From Neoechinorhynchus agilis (taxonomy: Eukaryota > Animalia > Acanthocephala), in NCBI GenBank assembly GCA_051530055.1, contig CM121342.1, positions 7,386,691-7,450,690 on the forward strand: a stretch of 64,000 nt of DNA. Reading direction: 5' to 3'. Of this stretch, positions 23,750-35,150 are shown piece by piece. The notes under the pieces are model-generated. The model was given only the letters and a program-made list of their open reading frames with translations. It made no database searches and had not been told where the DNA came from. The first letter of the stretch is position 1; the number at the start of each line of letters is the position of its first letter. A program made the position numbers and the translations under genes.

Positions 23750-25140
23750 CCACAAACCTAACTCGCGTCGACAGTTTTACATCATCGTTGTGGCACTCTG
23801 AGGTTAGTTTTCTTTAACATTCAGAGCACTTGTAAAATCATTCGTCTGACATTAGCCGATAAAAGTAATTCTGTCGAAAAACGATTCGAAGTTAAAAGTT
23901 TAAGAAAAAAGGTTTCGATTGTAAATTGACACTTTTTTTAGAGTGCTGCTTTTATGACAAAAAGAAAATCTTTATTTCTGAGCTTTCCCAATGTTACGGC
24001 TTCTTCAAAAATCTACAAATGTGCATGTGGAGATTTGAAGTGCGTGTTAAAGTAACGAAATTGAAGTGTGGAAGGTTTGTCCCGTTTGTTAAGCAGTTCT
24101 CGGACTTTGTCGAGCGGAGTTGTGTTTTTTGCCCTCGGTTTGGTCATGATTTCGGGGCCCGGATTCAGTGCTTTGAAAGAGTGTTTCGTCAGAAATGTTG
24201 ACGCCAAGGCTGTTAAATTTTTCTTTTCTGTAGATGAACTCGCGATTATCGTCGGCCAAACATCGTTCACAGGTCACCTCGTTGACAACGCTGCTTCGTA
24301 TGCTAATCGAATCTTGGCGACCGTTTGTGTCCACGGGCATCCATGGTGCGTACACATCAATGAACGACGCTGAACCTTTTTCCGGCGTTTCACGACGTTC
24401 AGTTCTCGTCAGGATTCGCCTAAGCGTATGATGCTATTCTGTGCAAAATCCGGAAACCCATTCTCGATCGTCCGAGCAGCTTACAATAACCATTTAAGTG
24501 TCAATTTACAATCGAAACCTTTTTTCTTAAACTTTTAACTTCGAATCGTTTTTCGACAGAATTACTTTTATCGGCTAATGTCAGACGAATGATTTTACAA
24601 GTGCTCTGAATGTTAAAGAAAACTAACCTCAGAGTGCCACAACGATTATGTAAAACTGTCGACGCGAGTTAGGTTTGTGGTGAAGGATTCGGTTGTACTA
24701 TCGCCGGGGCACTACTTATATTCCGGGCGGTTGGAAGGTGAAGATATGGCTTTTCCGTAGACAATGCAAACGAGAGTTTTAGACATCAGCTCGACAAACT
24801 CCGAGAACTGCTTAACAAACGGGACGAACCTTCCACACTTCAATTTCGTTACTTTAACACGCACTTCAAATCTCCACATGCGCATTTGTAGATTTTTGAA
24901 GAAGCCGTAACATTGGGAAAGCTCAGAAATAAAGATTTTCTTTTTGTCATAAAAGCAGCACTCTAAAAAAAGTGTCAATTTACAATCGAAACCTTTTTTC
25001 TTAAACTTTTAACTTCGAATCGTTTTTCGGATACGGTTATATTCTTAACCTGACCGTAATTCTTTGTTAAGTAAATCAGGATTACTTTTATCGGCTAATG
25101 TCAGACGAATGATTTTACAAGTGCTCTGAATGTTAAAGAA
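23750..25140. mobile_element. Large inverted-repeat element (arms of about 365 bp plus an extra internal arm copy) with a decayed internal ORF, possibly Mutator/foldback type
   Basis: 23750-24115 is inverted at 24789-25140; 23750-23932 is also inverted at 24497-24680; minus-strand MCTHHGCPW at 24331-24357. The inverted repeats are certain; the superfamily call is weak. Confidence 0.6.
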
Positions 25141-25170
25141 AAGAAAATTAGTGGTCGATGGCCGTTTTAT

Positions 25171-25322
25171 CCTTTTTTAAAGCGAATTATAATTGAATCA
25201 TTTTTGATAATTTTCAGTGTTCGCGTAGGCCTTCTTCATTAGTCTATTGTTAAAGAGTTATATTTGCAAGTCCGAAAATTATCAAAACTCAATCAATTAT
25301 TTGATAATTCGCTATAAAAAGG
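25171..25322. mobile_element. MITE-like fold-back element of about 150 bp; related copy at 61138-61583
   Basis: CCTTTTTTAAAGCGAATTATAATTGA...TTTGATAATTTTC / GAAAATTATCAAAA...TCAATTAT..AATTCGCTATAAAAAGG. Confidence 0.75.
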
Positions 25323-25574
25323 TAAAATTAGTAGAATTCCTCATCTTTTACTTTTTTGATACATAATCATTGTAAGCCAAATCTTCACTTAAATGATCCA
25401 CAAAGGATTTATTTTTATCGACAAACGTACAATTTCAATCTACACGAAAGAAACAACCAAAACGTTTCCAATATTTGAAATGTGGGTGTTTCGTGGTAAG
25501 AACCATTTTTGGAGTAGCTCAATTTTCGGTTCAACACTATTCGGTGATATTTTTCAGAACTGTGAGTTTTCTGA

Positions 25575-28458
25575 ATGTCCTATAATCCTCATGTTTACCA
25601 CCAACACCATGGTTCTCGCGGTTATCAACAACAACAACAATCTAACTATGGACGTTCGAATGTCGCTAGTTCAAACGAAGGGAATATTAGGCTTCCACAA
25701 AGCCTAGAACGTATTTTAGCCAATATGGACCGTCGTGTGGACGAGATAGGACTTCGACGCGAAGAGATCGATGACCACATTCTTGGAAAACCACTAAAGT
25801 CCGAGGTTGTTAAAGTTACGGAGAACCCTTCAGCTTCTATCGTTATACGTTTGAAAACCTCAATTCGAAATCGAAAACGTAAAGTTCAGAAAAAGAAGGC
25901 TAAAATTAGACGACGGTTACAAGCTGCTCGTACCGCTTTCGAATCCAAAAATGAATCCAAAGTTGATCAAAAGGAAGAAAATGAAGAAGTACCGGACAAT
26001 GTGATAATTGAATATATTCCTGAAGACTTACCTGTCGATCGAAATGATCCTTTCTTTTCATATTTTAGAAGTGTAGCACAACATTTTCGACCTTCTCATT
26101 CGTCCGGAAAACACAATCTTAATCTCGCTTCTAAATATGGAAACATTAAGGGGTTCGGTGTCGGAATGAAAATCCGCGATAGGACATTGCTTGAAGACGA
26201 AGATGATCAGCCAAAGGGAGAAGAAGAGAAAGGGACGTCGAAGAAACAAATGAAGAAAATGACAAGACTCAGTGTACCGACAATTAAAAGTTTATCTCCT
26301 TTTTTGAAGCATAATTTTTCCAAGATTTGAAAAACCAACAGGAATTTTTACTCTTTGCAACCCCATTTTTCAAATGAATTGATTTTTTTCCCTTTAAGCA
26401 TAACAATTAACACTCTTAAATGTTAAAATAATATTTCTGGATTTTATTAGAATATTTCGTTTTACATTGTGAAATTCTCGATTTGGGAAACCAAGAGGAC
26501 CCGATTTTTCAAATGAATTGATTTTTTTCCCTCTAAGCATAACAATTAACACTCTTAAATGTTAAAATGTTATTTCTGGATTTTATTAGAATATTTCGTT
26601 TTACATTGTGAAATTCTCGATTTGGGAAACCAAGAGGACCCGATTTTTCAAATAAATTTAATTTTTTCCCTTTAAGCATAACAATTAACACTCTTAAATG
26701 TTAAAATGTTATTTCTGGATTTTATTAGAATATTTCGTTTTACATTGTGAAATTCTCGATTTGGGAAACCAAGAGGACCCGATTTTTCAAATGAATTGAT
26801 TTTTTTCCCTTTAAGCATAACAATTAACACTCTTAAATGTTAAAATGCTATTTCTGGATTTTATTAGAATATTTCGTTTTGCATTGTGAAATTCTCGATT
26901 TGGGAAACCAAGAGGACCCGATTTTTCAAATAAATTTAATTTTTTCCCTTTAAGCATAACAATTAACACTCTACATTGTTAAATTTTTGATTTGTGAAAT
27001 CAATTTTTATCAATTTTAATACCCCAATTTTAAATTGTTTAGAATTTCAATTTTTTGACAAAAGGATTTTTTCAGATTGAACTTTTTTTAGGTGTTTTTT
27101 TTAAGAAAACCTATATCTTTTCCAATTTGTTTCTCCAATCCAGAAACGAGTAGCTCATTACACTAAATGGTTAAAATAAATTTCTGCAATAAACTTTTTA
27201 TTTGATAGCAGAATTAAAGCAACTAGTACAAAGACCGGATGTGGTGGAGATGCATGATGTCACCGCACGGGATCCAAAGCTTTTGGTTCATCTAAAATCT
27301 CTTCGAAACACGGTACCGGTTCCTCGGCATTGGTGTGGTAAGCGCAAATATCTCCAAGGCAAACGTGGATTTGTGAAACCTCCTTTCGACCTTCCTGACT
27401 TCATTAAACGGACCGGAATAATGGAGATGCGCCAAAGTATCCAAGACAAAGACGATCATAAAAGTCTGAAACAAAAAATGCGAGAAAGGATGCGTCCTAA
27501 ACTTGGTCGGATAGAGATTGACTACCAAAAGTTGCACGATGCATTCTTCAAGTACCAAACTAAACCTCAATTAACCATGCACGGTGATCTGTACTATGAA
27601 GGAAAAGAAAACGAATTGAAGTTGGCACAAGCTAAACCTGGTATTCTAAGTGATGATTTAAGGATCGCATTAGGGATGCCGGCGGGTACATTAGCCGAGC
27701 GTATTCCACCTCCTTGGTTGATTGCAATGCAACGATATGGACCTCCTCCTTCTTATCCGAATTTAAAAATTCCCGGTCTAAATTCACCGATCCCAGCCGG
27801 ATGTTCATTTGGATATCATCCTGGTGGTTGGGGAAAACCTCCAGTCGATGAGATGGGGCGTCCTTTGTACGGTGATGTGTTTGGGACATTAGCGGCACAG
27901 ACTGTGCAAGACATGATGATAATAGAAGTTGACGAGAACGTTGATAAGAGTTTATGGGGTGAATTAGAGGTCGAAGAAGATGAAGGAGTTGATGAAGACG
28001 AAGAAGATGCAGAGGAAGAGTTTGAAATGCCTTCTCCGGACGATCCAGTGGAGTCTGGAATAGAGAGTCCAATAACATCGAGTACAGTTGGTGGAATGGA
28101 GACTCCTGCGAATGTTCAGTTAAGAAAACGAGCGCTTCCAGAAGAGACTGGACCTTTGTATCATGTGATTCCAGAAAAGGCTTCATCAGTTGGAAATGCT
28201 CTTATGGGTTCATCTAAGATCTATGACGTGAACGTTGCCTTGTCAAACAAACAAGGGGCCGTGGATATGAGTATCCAACCAGAAGATTTGGACGACCTTG
28301 ACGTCGCTAATTTGGAGCAGCGATATCAGGAACAAGTGCAAAGTATTGAAAAGAAAGACATCGTTGAGTCAGTTGGTGAGTCTAGTCGGAAAAAGAAAAA
28401 GAAGCACGCGACAACGAGCACCAGTGTGACACGAAAAGATAGAGATTTTAAGTTTTAA
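25575..28458 (+). CDS. SF3B2: Splicing factor 3B subunit 2 (SAP145); exon 1 25575-about 26273, exon 2 about 27205-28458
   Basis: AELKQLVQRPDVVEMHDVTARDPKLLVHLK..RNTVPVPRHW (DUF382), PSP domain (PPPWLIAMQRYGPPPSYPNLKIPGLN), C-terminal KDRDFKF. Exact junction ambiguous. Confidence 0.96.
26365..26972. repeat. 139-bp tandem repeat x about 4.4 inside the SF3B2 intron
   Basis: TTTTCAAAT marker at 26371, 26510, 26649, 26788 and 26927. Confidence 0.95.
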
Positions 28459-28514
28459 ATCGTCGTTTTTCTGGCTAAAAAAAGATTCAATTTTTATTTT
28501 ACTCCATTTTTTAG

Positions 28515-29015
28515 ATGTCATCGGGAGCATTGAAACGCTTAATGGCAGAATACCGTCAACTGATGACGGATGCACCTGAAGGAATAATAGCTGGGCCAAA
28601 AGACGAAGACAATTATTTTGAATGGGAAGCAGTGATCACAGGACCTAAGGATACGCCATTTGAAGATGGAGTGTTCTTTGCAAGTCTTAAATTCCCAGAA
28701 GATTATCCATTAAATCCACCAACGATGACTTTTCTCACAAAAGTGTTTCATCCGAATGTGTACCCCGATGGACGAGTATGCATCTCTATTCTTCATGCCC
28801 CAGGGAGTGATCCAACCGGATATGAAACTATGGCTGAACGATGGAGTCCCGTTCAAAGCGTTGAAAAGATCCTGTTGTCTGTCATGTCCATGCTCGCTGA
28901 ACCGAATGACATGAGTCCCGCTAATATCGATGCTGCCAAAATGTGGAGGGAGAACAGGGATGAGTTTAATAAAGTGGCCAGGAAAAGCGCAATGGATTCA
29001 TTGGGAATCGCTTAG
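28515..29015 (+). CDS. UBE2G2: Ubiquitin-conjugating enzyme E2 G2 (Ubc7), single exon
   Basis: ALKRLMAEY...[45 protein letters not shown] with the Ubc7/G2 acidic loop insertion. Confidence 0.97.
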   Translation: MSSGALKRLMAEYRQLMTDAPEGIIAGPKDEDNYFEWEAVITGPKDTPFEDGVFFASLKFPEDYPLNPPTMTFLTKVFHPNVYPDGRVCISILHAPGSDPTGYETMAERWSPVQSVEKILLSVMSMLAEPNDMSPANIDAAKMWRENRDEFNKVARKSAMDSLGIA

Positions 29016-29221
29016 TAAGTCTTAAAACTATGGCCATAAATATAAAATGAACGAATTGTGAGAGTGCGCGTGCGTTTGATACACAAAAATCTTTGAATCC
29101 TAAGACGTTTTTTAGATTTTGAATAAAAAAAGGAACGAATGTTACCGTAAATTTTTGCGGATTGCAAGGCATCCAATCGAGTCTTTGTAAGTTTCTCTAA
29201 TTTGACCGTGTGAACGGTCGA

Positions 29222-31430
29222 AATGTCGAGAAAATAAACGAGAAAAATTATAGGATTTTACTTATTGTCGTTTGCTTAAAATAAGAAAAAAATTACTCGT
29301 TACATTCTTGAATTTTATGTCTGTCAATTTAAAAAATATTGCAATTTAGCGCCCATCACCGCTTCTCTTCCTTAATTTTTAAAGCCGCTTCTTAGACATT
29401 CAATATAGCGACAAAATTCCCGCTGGTTTTATTTCTATTGGTCGCTGATTATGGAGACAATGTAATTGAAAACACTAAACTTAAGAACCAAATTTAAATG
29501 GTAAAATCGAGAAAATAAACTAGAAAAATTATAGGATTTTACTTATTGTCGTTTGCTTAGAATAAGAAAAAAATTATTCGTTAGATTCTTGAATTTTATG
29601 TCTGTTAATTTAAAAAATATTTCAATTTAGCGCCCATCACCGCTTCTCTTCCTTAATTTTTAAAGCCGCTTCTTAGACATTCAATATAGCGACAAAATTC
29701 CCGCTGGTTTATTTCTATTGGTCGCTGATTATGGAGACAATGTAATTGAAAACACTAAACTTAAGAACCAAATTTAAATGGTAAAATCGAGAAAATAAAC
29801 TAGAAAAATTATAGGATTTTACTTATTGTCGTTTGCTTAGAATAAGAAAAAATTATTCGTTAGATTCTTGAATTTTATGTCTGTTAATTTAAAAAATATT
29901 TCAATTTAGCGCCCATCACCGCTTCTCTTCCTTAATTTTTAAAGCCGCTTCTTAGACATTCAATATAGCGACAAAATTCCCGCTGGTTTTATTTCTATTG
30001 GTCGCTGATTATGGAGACAATGTAATTGAAAACACTAAACTTAAGAACCAAATTTAAATGGTAAAATCGAGAAAATAAACTAGAAAAATTATAGGATTTT
30101 ACTTATTGTCGTTTGCTTAGAATAAGAAAAAATTATTCGTTAGATTCTTGAATTTTATGTCTGTTAATTTAAAAAATATTTCAATTTAGCGCCCATCACC
30201 GCTTCTCTTCCTTAATTTTTAAAGCCGCTTCTTAGACATTCAATATAGCGACAAAATTCCCGCTGGTTTTATTTCTATTGGTCGCTGATTATGGAGACAA
30301 TGTAATTGAAAACACTAAACTTAAGAACCAAATTTAAATGGCAAAATCGAGAAAATAAACTAGAAAAATTATAGGATTTTACTTATTGTTGTTTGCTTAG
30401 AATAAGAAAAAAATTACTCGTTACATTCTTGAATTTTATGTCTGTTAATTTAAAAAATATTTCAATTTAGCGCCCATCACCGCTTCTCTTCCTTAATTTT
30501 TAAAGCCGCTTCTTAGACATTCAATATAGCGACAAAATTCCCGCTGGTTTTATTTCTATTGGTCGCTGATTATGGAGACAATGTAATTGAAAACACTAAA
30601 CTTAAGAACCAAATTTAAATGGTAAAATCGAGAAAATAAACTAGAAAAATTATAGGATTTTACTTATTGTCGTTTGCTTAGAATAAGAAAAAAATTACTC
30701 GTTACATTCTTGAATTTTATGTCTGTTAATTTAAAAAATATTTCAATTTAGCGCCCATCACCGCTTCTCTTCCTTAATTTTTAAAGCCGCTTCTTAGACA
30801 TTCAATATAGCGACAAAATTCCCGCTGGTTTTATTTCTATTGGTCGCTGATTATGGAGACAATGTAATTGAAAACACTAAACTTAAGAACCAAATTTAAA
30901 TGGTAAAATCGAGAAAATAAACTAGAAAAATTATAGGATTTTACTTATTGTCGTTTGCTTAGAATAAGAAAAAAATTACTCGTTACATTCTTGAATTTTA
31001 TGTCTGTTAATTTAAAAAATATTTCAATTTAGCGCCCATCACCGCTTCTCTTCCTTAATTTTTAAAGCCGCTTCTTAGACATTCAATATAGCGACAAAAT
31101 TCCCGCTGGTTTTATTTCTTTTGGTCGCTGATTATGGAGACAATGTAATTGAAAACACTAAACTTAAGAACCAAATTTAAATGGCAAAATCGAGAAAATA
31201 AACTAGAAAAATTATAGGATTTTACTTATTGTTGTTTGCTTAGAATAAGAAAAAAATTATTCGTTACATTCTTGAATTTTATGTCTGTTAATTTAAAAAA
31301 TATTTCAATTTAGCGCCCATCACCGCTTCTCTTCCTTAATTTTTAAAGCCGCTTCTTAGACATTCAATATAGCGACAAAATTCCCGCTGGTTTTATTTCT
31401 TTTGGTCGCTGATTATGGAGACAATGTAAT
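29222..31430. repeat. Satellite, about 280-bp monomer x8, highly homogeneous
   Basis: GCGCCCATCACC at 29349, 29630, 29909 and so on to about 31313. Confidence 0.97.
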
Positions 31431-31801
31431 TAAAAACATTAGCACGTCCCTGCAGAAATGATGTTATCGATTGATTGTTATTTTTTTATTAAATACCCCT
31501 AACAAATCATGTTTTCCTGAACATTATTAGAAATTGTCAAGATGAGTATTGAACGTTGGCAATAAAAGTTACAGATCGGTAGTGAAATTATTTAAACGCG
31601 TATTAGTGAAATCTAAAATTGCTTTAACCTAGATAATTTTGCATGCGTCTTTTTGCGCTCTCACAACAAAAGAGATTATCATCTGTCAGGTCACGTGAGT
31701 AGGGGTAGCAAAAAATCTCTCTTGGACACCTCTGAACCTGTTAGCTGTCAAAAATCCGTCCTCTTAAAAGTTTGCAAATATCTGGGTTTTTTAGACTACA
31801 A

Positions 31802-32226
31802 ATGAAAAGGCCATCTGACGACTTCGGTGAATTAAACAACGACCTAAAAGCGAGCGATGCTAAACTGCAGCGGTTAAATTCAGCTTTTAAAGCGTCCAGC
31901 GGGTTAGTTAAAATTACTGCTTCAAATATTTGAATTCGTCTTGTTAAATTCAGGGAAGGCAATAAGAAAAGTAGAGAAGAAATGTAAGTATTTATTTTCA
32001 GCCGCATGCAGTGTTTATAAACCAAACGAATTTTTCCCGTAATGGGTGAATCATTTGTTTCTTTGGTTTTAGATTTAAGCAAATGATGCAAAAAGCATTG
32101 GAAGGTCAATCGAGTTTCTCTAACCCGATTCTCAAACAGACGACTCGTGGTTCACATAACAAAAGAACGAGAAATGGAAACCTCGTCGAAGATCAACATC
32201 ATGCTTATGAAAAACCACAATTTTAA
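31802..32226 (+). CDS. Small 3-exon hypothetical protein of about 95 aa (exons 31802-31902, 31954-31983, 32073-32226), absent from the ORF track
   Basis: ATG preceded by TTTTTTAG; GTTAGT...TTCAG (51 nt) and GTAAGT...TTTTAG (89 nt) introns, both phase 2, give an open MKRPSDDFGELNNDLKASDAKLQRLNSAFKASSGEGNKKSREEIFKQMMQKALEGQ...KPQF-stop. Confidence 0.55.
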
Positions 32227-32559
32227 TTTTCTGACCAAAATATATCGAAGGACTTTATTCCAATTTTCTCATGAATCTGTAGTGAGCAGAAACGTAAATC
32301 TGCTATTGGAGCGTTGTAAAAAGTTTACGAATAAAAATGGACTGATGCGTGGCTCCTCTCGGTGGTGCAAAGAATTTAAATAAATTATAGTGGGAAAATT
32401 TAAGACTTTTACACATAAGTTGCATTGGTTTCGTTATTTCGTGCATCTCCTAAAGAGCTTCAAAAATTTCACAAATTAAAAATCCGTATCTTCATTAGCA
32501 AGAAAATGTTCGCAGCATTAAAATCGCGAATTACAACGGAAAATGAAAGTTCTACAAAT

Positions 32560-32760
32560 TTGACTCAATGTAAAACCAACAACCGAATATAGGGGACGCG
32601 CAAGTTCTTCGATCGGAGCTTGTGTTAAATCATCAATAAAGTTTCGAAATCGCCGACGAGGAAGGCCGAGGAAACGATGGTTAGATTGCATCAAACAGGA
32701 TAAATTAAATTGGTTGTCGAAGGAGCTGCAACCTCTCGAGAAAGAGAAATGCGTGAGTGA
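32560..32760 (+). mobile_element. 3' remnant of an RTE-clade LINE
   Basis: 32651-32700 encodes RRRGRPRKRWLDCIKQD, the typical RTE ORF C-terminal motif. Confidence 0.6.
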
Positions 32761-33699
32761 GCAGAGTAAAACCAATAGATGAGCACACACAAATTCGCGT
32801 GGGTTTCGTCGTTCCATGGAACTGATCTAGAAGATCAAAAATTAAAATCTTTTTTTATGAGAGCGAATATTAATGTTTAAAATACATGAACATCCCACTT
32901 TCTACGAATTCGTAAGCTCTTGCACGTTCGTCTTCATTGTGGCAGGATCCAAACTTGGACTCGTCGTTGGGTAATCGTCTAATATTTAATATTTTGTATA
33001 ACGATTTTAGACGGTATAGATTGTTCCGGCTTGGTGGAATTTATACCTGAACGCTTCTCGTATGATTTTCGGAATGTTCCATATTTGCGTCTCCATTTCT
33101 TAAATTGTTCATGAATATTCGTCTTTGGTTTGACGTTGAGACCCAAATACCAAGTATTAAGCACCGTTGGAGTTCCACAGTTGATTTTGTTGCTTGCGAT
33201 AATGTTGAAGGCGAACGTGAGCGTTACTGTTAGTTCAATTCATTTGGTCTTGATACAACACTTCGGGTTCTGTTGCTTATATTCTATGATCGAAAATTGG
33301 ATCTTAGCTAAGTTGAAAGATTTGAATTACAATTATCATCACGATTAGAATTTTCGTTTATTGCAACACTCAAACGTTATTGTTCATTGATATTATCATT
33401 TAGCCGAGCATGCGAATTGCAATGTCGGACGAGTCCGGAAATATCACTTTGCACGTTTGTAAGTTTTCAGCGATTTTAGATGTTGTAAAGCTTAAGAGAA
33501 ACATTCGTTTGGTGTCCTCAGTCTTTAATATGACAACAAAATCTCCTTGATTCAATCAAGGAAATGTCAGGATGCCGCTTTGAAGGATATGGATGTTCTG
33601 TGGTTAAGGTTGTAGAGGGAAAATGCTAAGAGGAGAAAATCAAGAAGTAAAATTTCTGCCTCCTACGTATCGACACCATGGGCCAAACACCATTCAAGG

Positions 33700-35150
33700 T
33701 TTCATCCAAGTCAAGGGGTCAAATTTTCGACCTCGAAGATGGGCATTGAGCTTAATGCTGGAAAATGTGAGCTCCTTGTACTGAATATTGGAGACGCCGC
33801 TAAAGTCAAAGAACTAATGGCTGGGTTCGAGGCCGTAGCTCCAGGTCTGAAACTCGTGACTCGGGAACAACTCAGCCTCTTGGGCAGTTGTGTCTTCGAT
33901 TCAAATGTGGAAGATGAGATCGGCCATATCATACCGAAACTTTCGTTGCTGTGCGATAGGGTGTGCGCTCTCTCGGCTCATGAAGCCTTGTTTCTCATAA
34001 AGAACGCGCTCTTCATCCCCAAATTATTGTACAAGGTTCGCACAGCAACATTTTTCAAACACAAAGAAGGATTGGCAAAGCTGGACAATAAGGTGAGGGC
34101 TTGCCTCGAGCGTATTTTAAATGTCCAGCTCTCAGATGAGGCGTGGCGACAAGCTTCTTTGCCTGTGTCATCTGGGGGATTGGGAATTCGGGCACTAGTC
34201 GACCTTGCTTTGCCGGCCTTTCTTGGATCGTTTGAGGGGAGCCTACCAGTCTCGAAGAACATTTTGAAAGAAAAGTTTTGTCTTGACCGGGATTTCGTGG
34301 TGGCGGTTGAGGAATGGTGCCAGCAGACAGGCGCTAACCAAGTTCCCGTGAATGGCCTCAGACAGTCGATCTGGGACGGACCTCTTATCGCGAGAGTTTA
34401 CAGCTCTCTACTTTCAGGTTCTCGCGATGGGGTCGTCGGAGCTAGACTGTTGGCAGTTTCAACACGAGAATCTGGGGCGTGGTTGGAGGCTGTTCCTCTG
34501 GCATCTGTGGGAACTCTTCTTACTGACGAGGTGACGAGGATCGCAGTATCCTTAAGACTCGGTCTCCCGATATGCACGCCCCATCGCTGTCGATGTGGGT
34601 CTTTGGTTGATGCTTTTGGGCGACACGGTCTCGTCTGCAGAAGGTCAGGAGGAAGGTTCTCACGCCATTCTGAAATCAATAACGCAATTTCTCGGGCGTT
34701 GAGAGCGGCGAACTTCCCGAACATCTTGGAACTCGCCCACCTGTCGACTAGACGGCCGTAGCCCCGATGGAATTTCGATCTTTTCGGGGCGGGAGCAAAT
34801 GCTTTCTCTGGGACGCCACGTCCCTCGCAGCCAGCAACATCCGCTACTCCCTCGAAATCGCCGGTGGTGCCGCCAGTGCAGCGGAAGGGAGGAAGGTACG
34901 AAAATATATGTAGCTATCGAGGGCTCACTATTTTGTCCCCTTTGGGGTGGAGACGTATGGAGCGCTCGGCTGCTCGGCACTCTCTCTGCTCAAGGATCTC
35001 TCGAAGAAATTGAGAGAGGCAACCGGAGACTCAAGAGCAGGCTTATTTCTTCGACAAAATATCTCGCTGGCAGTACAACGGGGCAATGCTGCCAGCGTGA
35101 TGGCGACGGTCGAGGAAGGACAAAAGCTGGAATTCGGCGGGAGGTGGTGA
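33700..35150 (+). mobile_element. 5'-truncated CRE-clade retrotransposon (RT thumb, CCHC knuckle, damaged RLE endonuclease)
   Basis: 340-aa ORF homologous to 15500-16480 (GIELNAGKCEL, SGGLGIR, CRCG..VDAFGRHGLVC, RHSEINNAISRAL); frameshift and deletion in the PD..D region; ends GRW-stop. Confidence 0.9.

Noticed and set aside
26365-26972. Possible CRISPR-like array here and at other regular repeats
   Set aside because: Whole monomers repeat with no unique spacers, no cas genes, and the context is eukaryotic.
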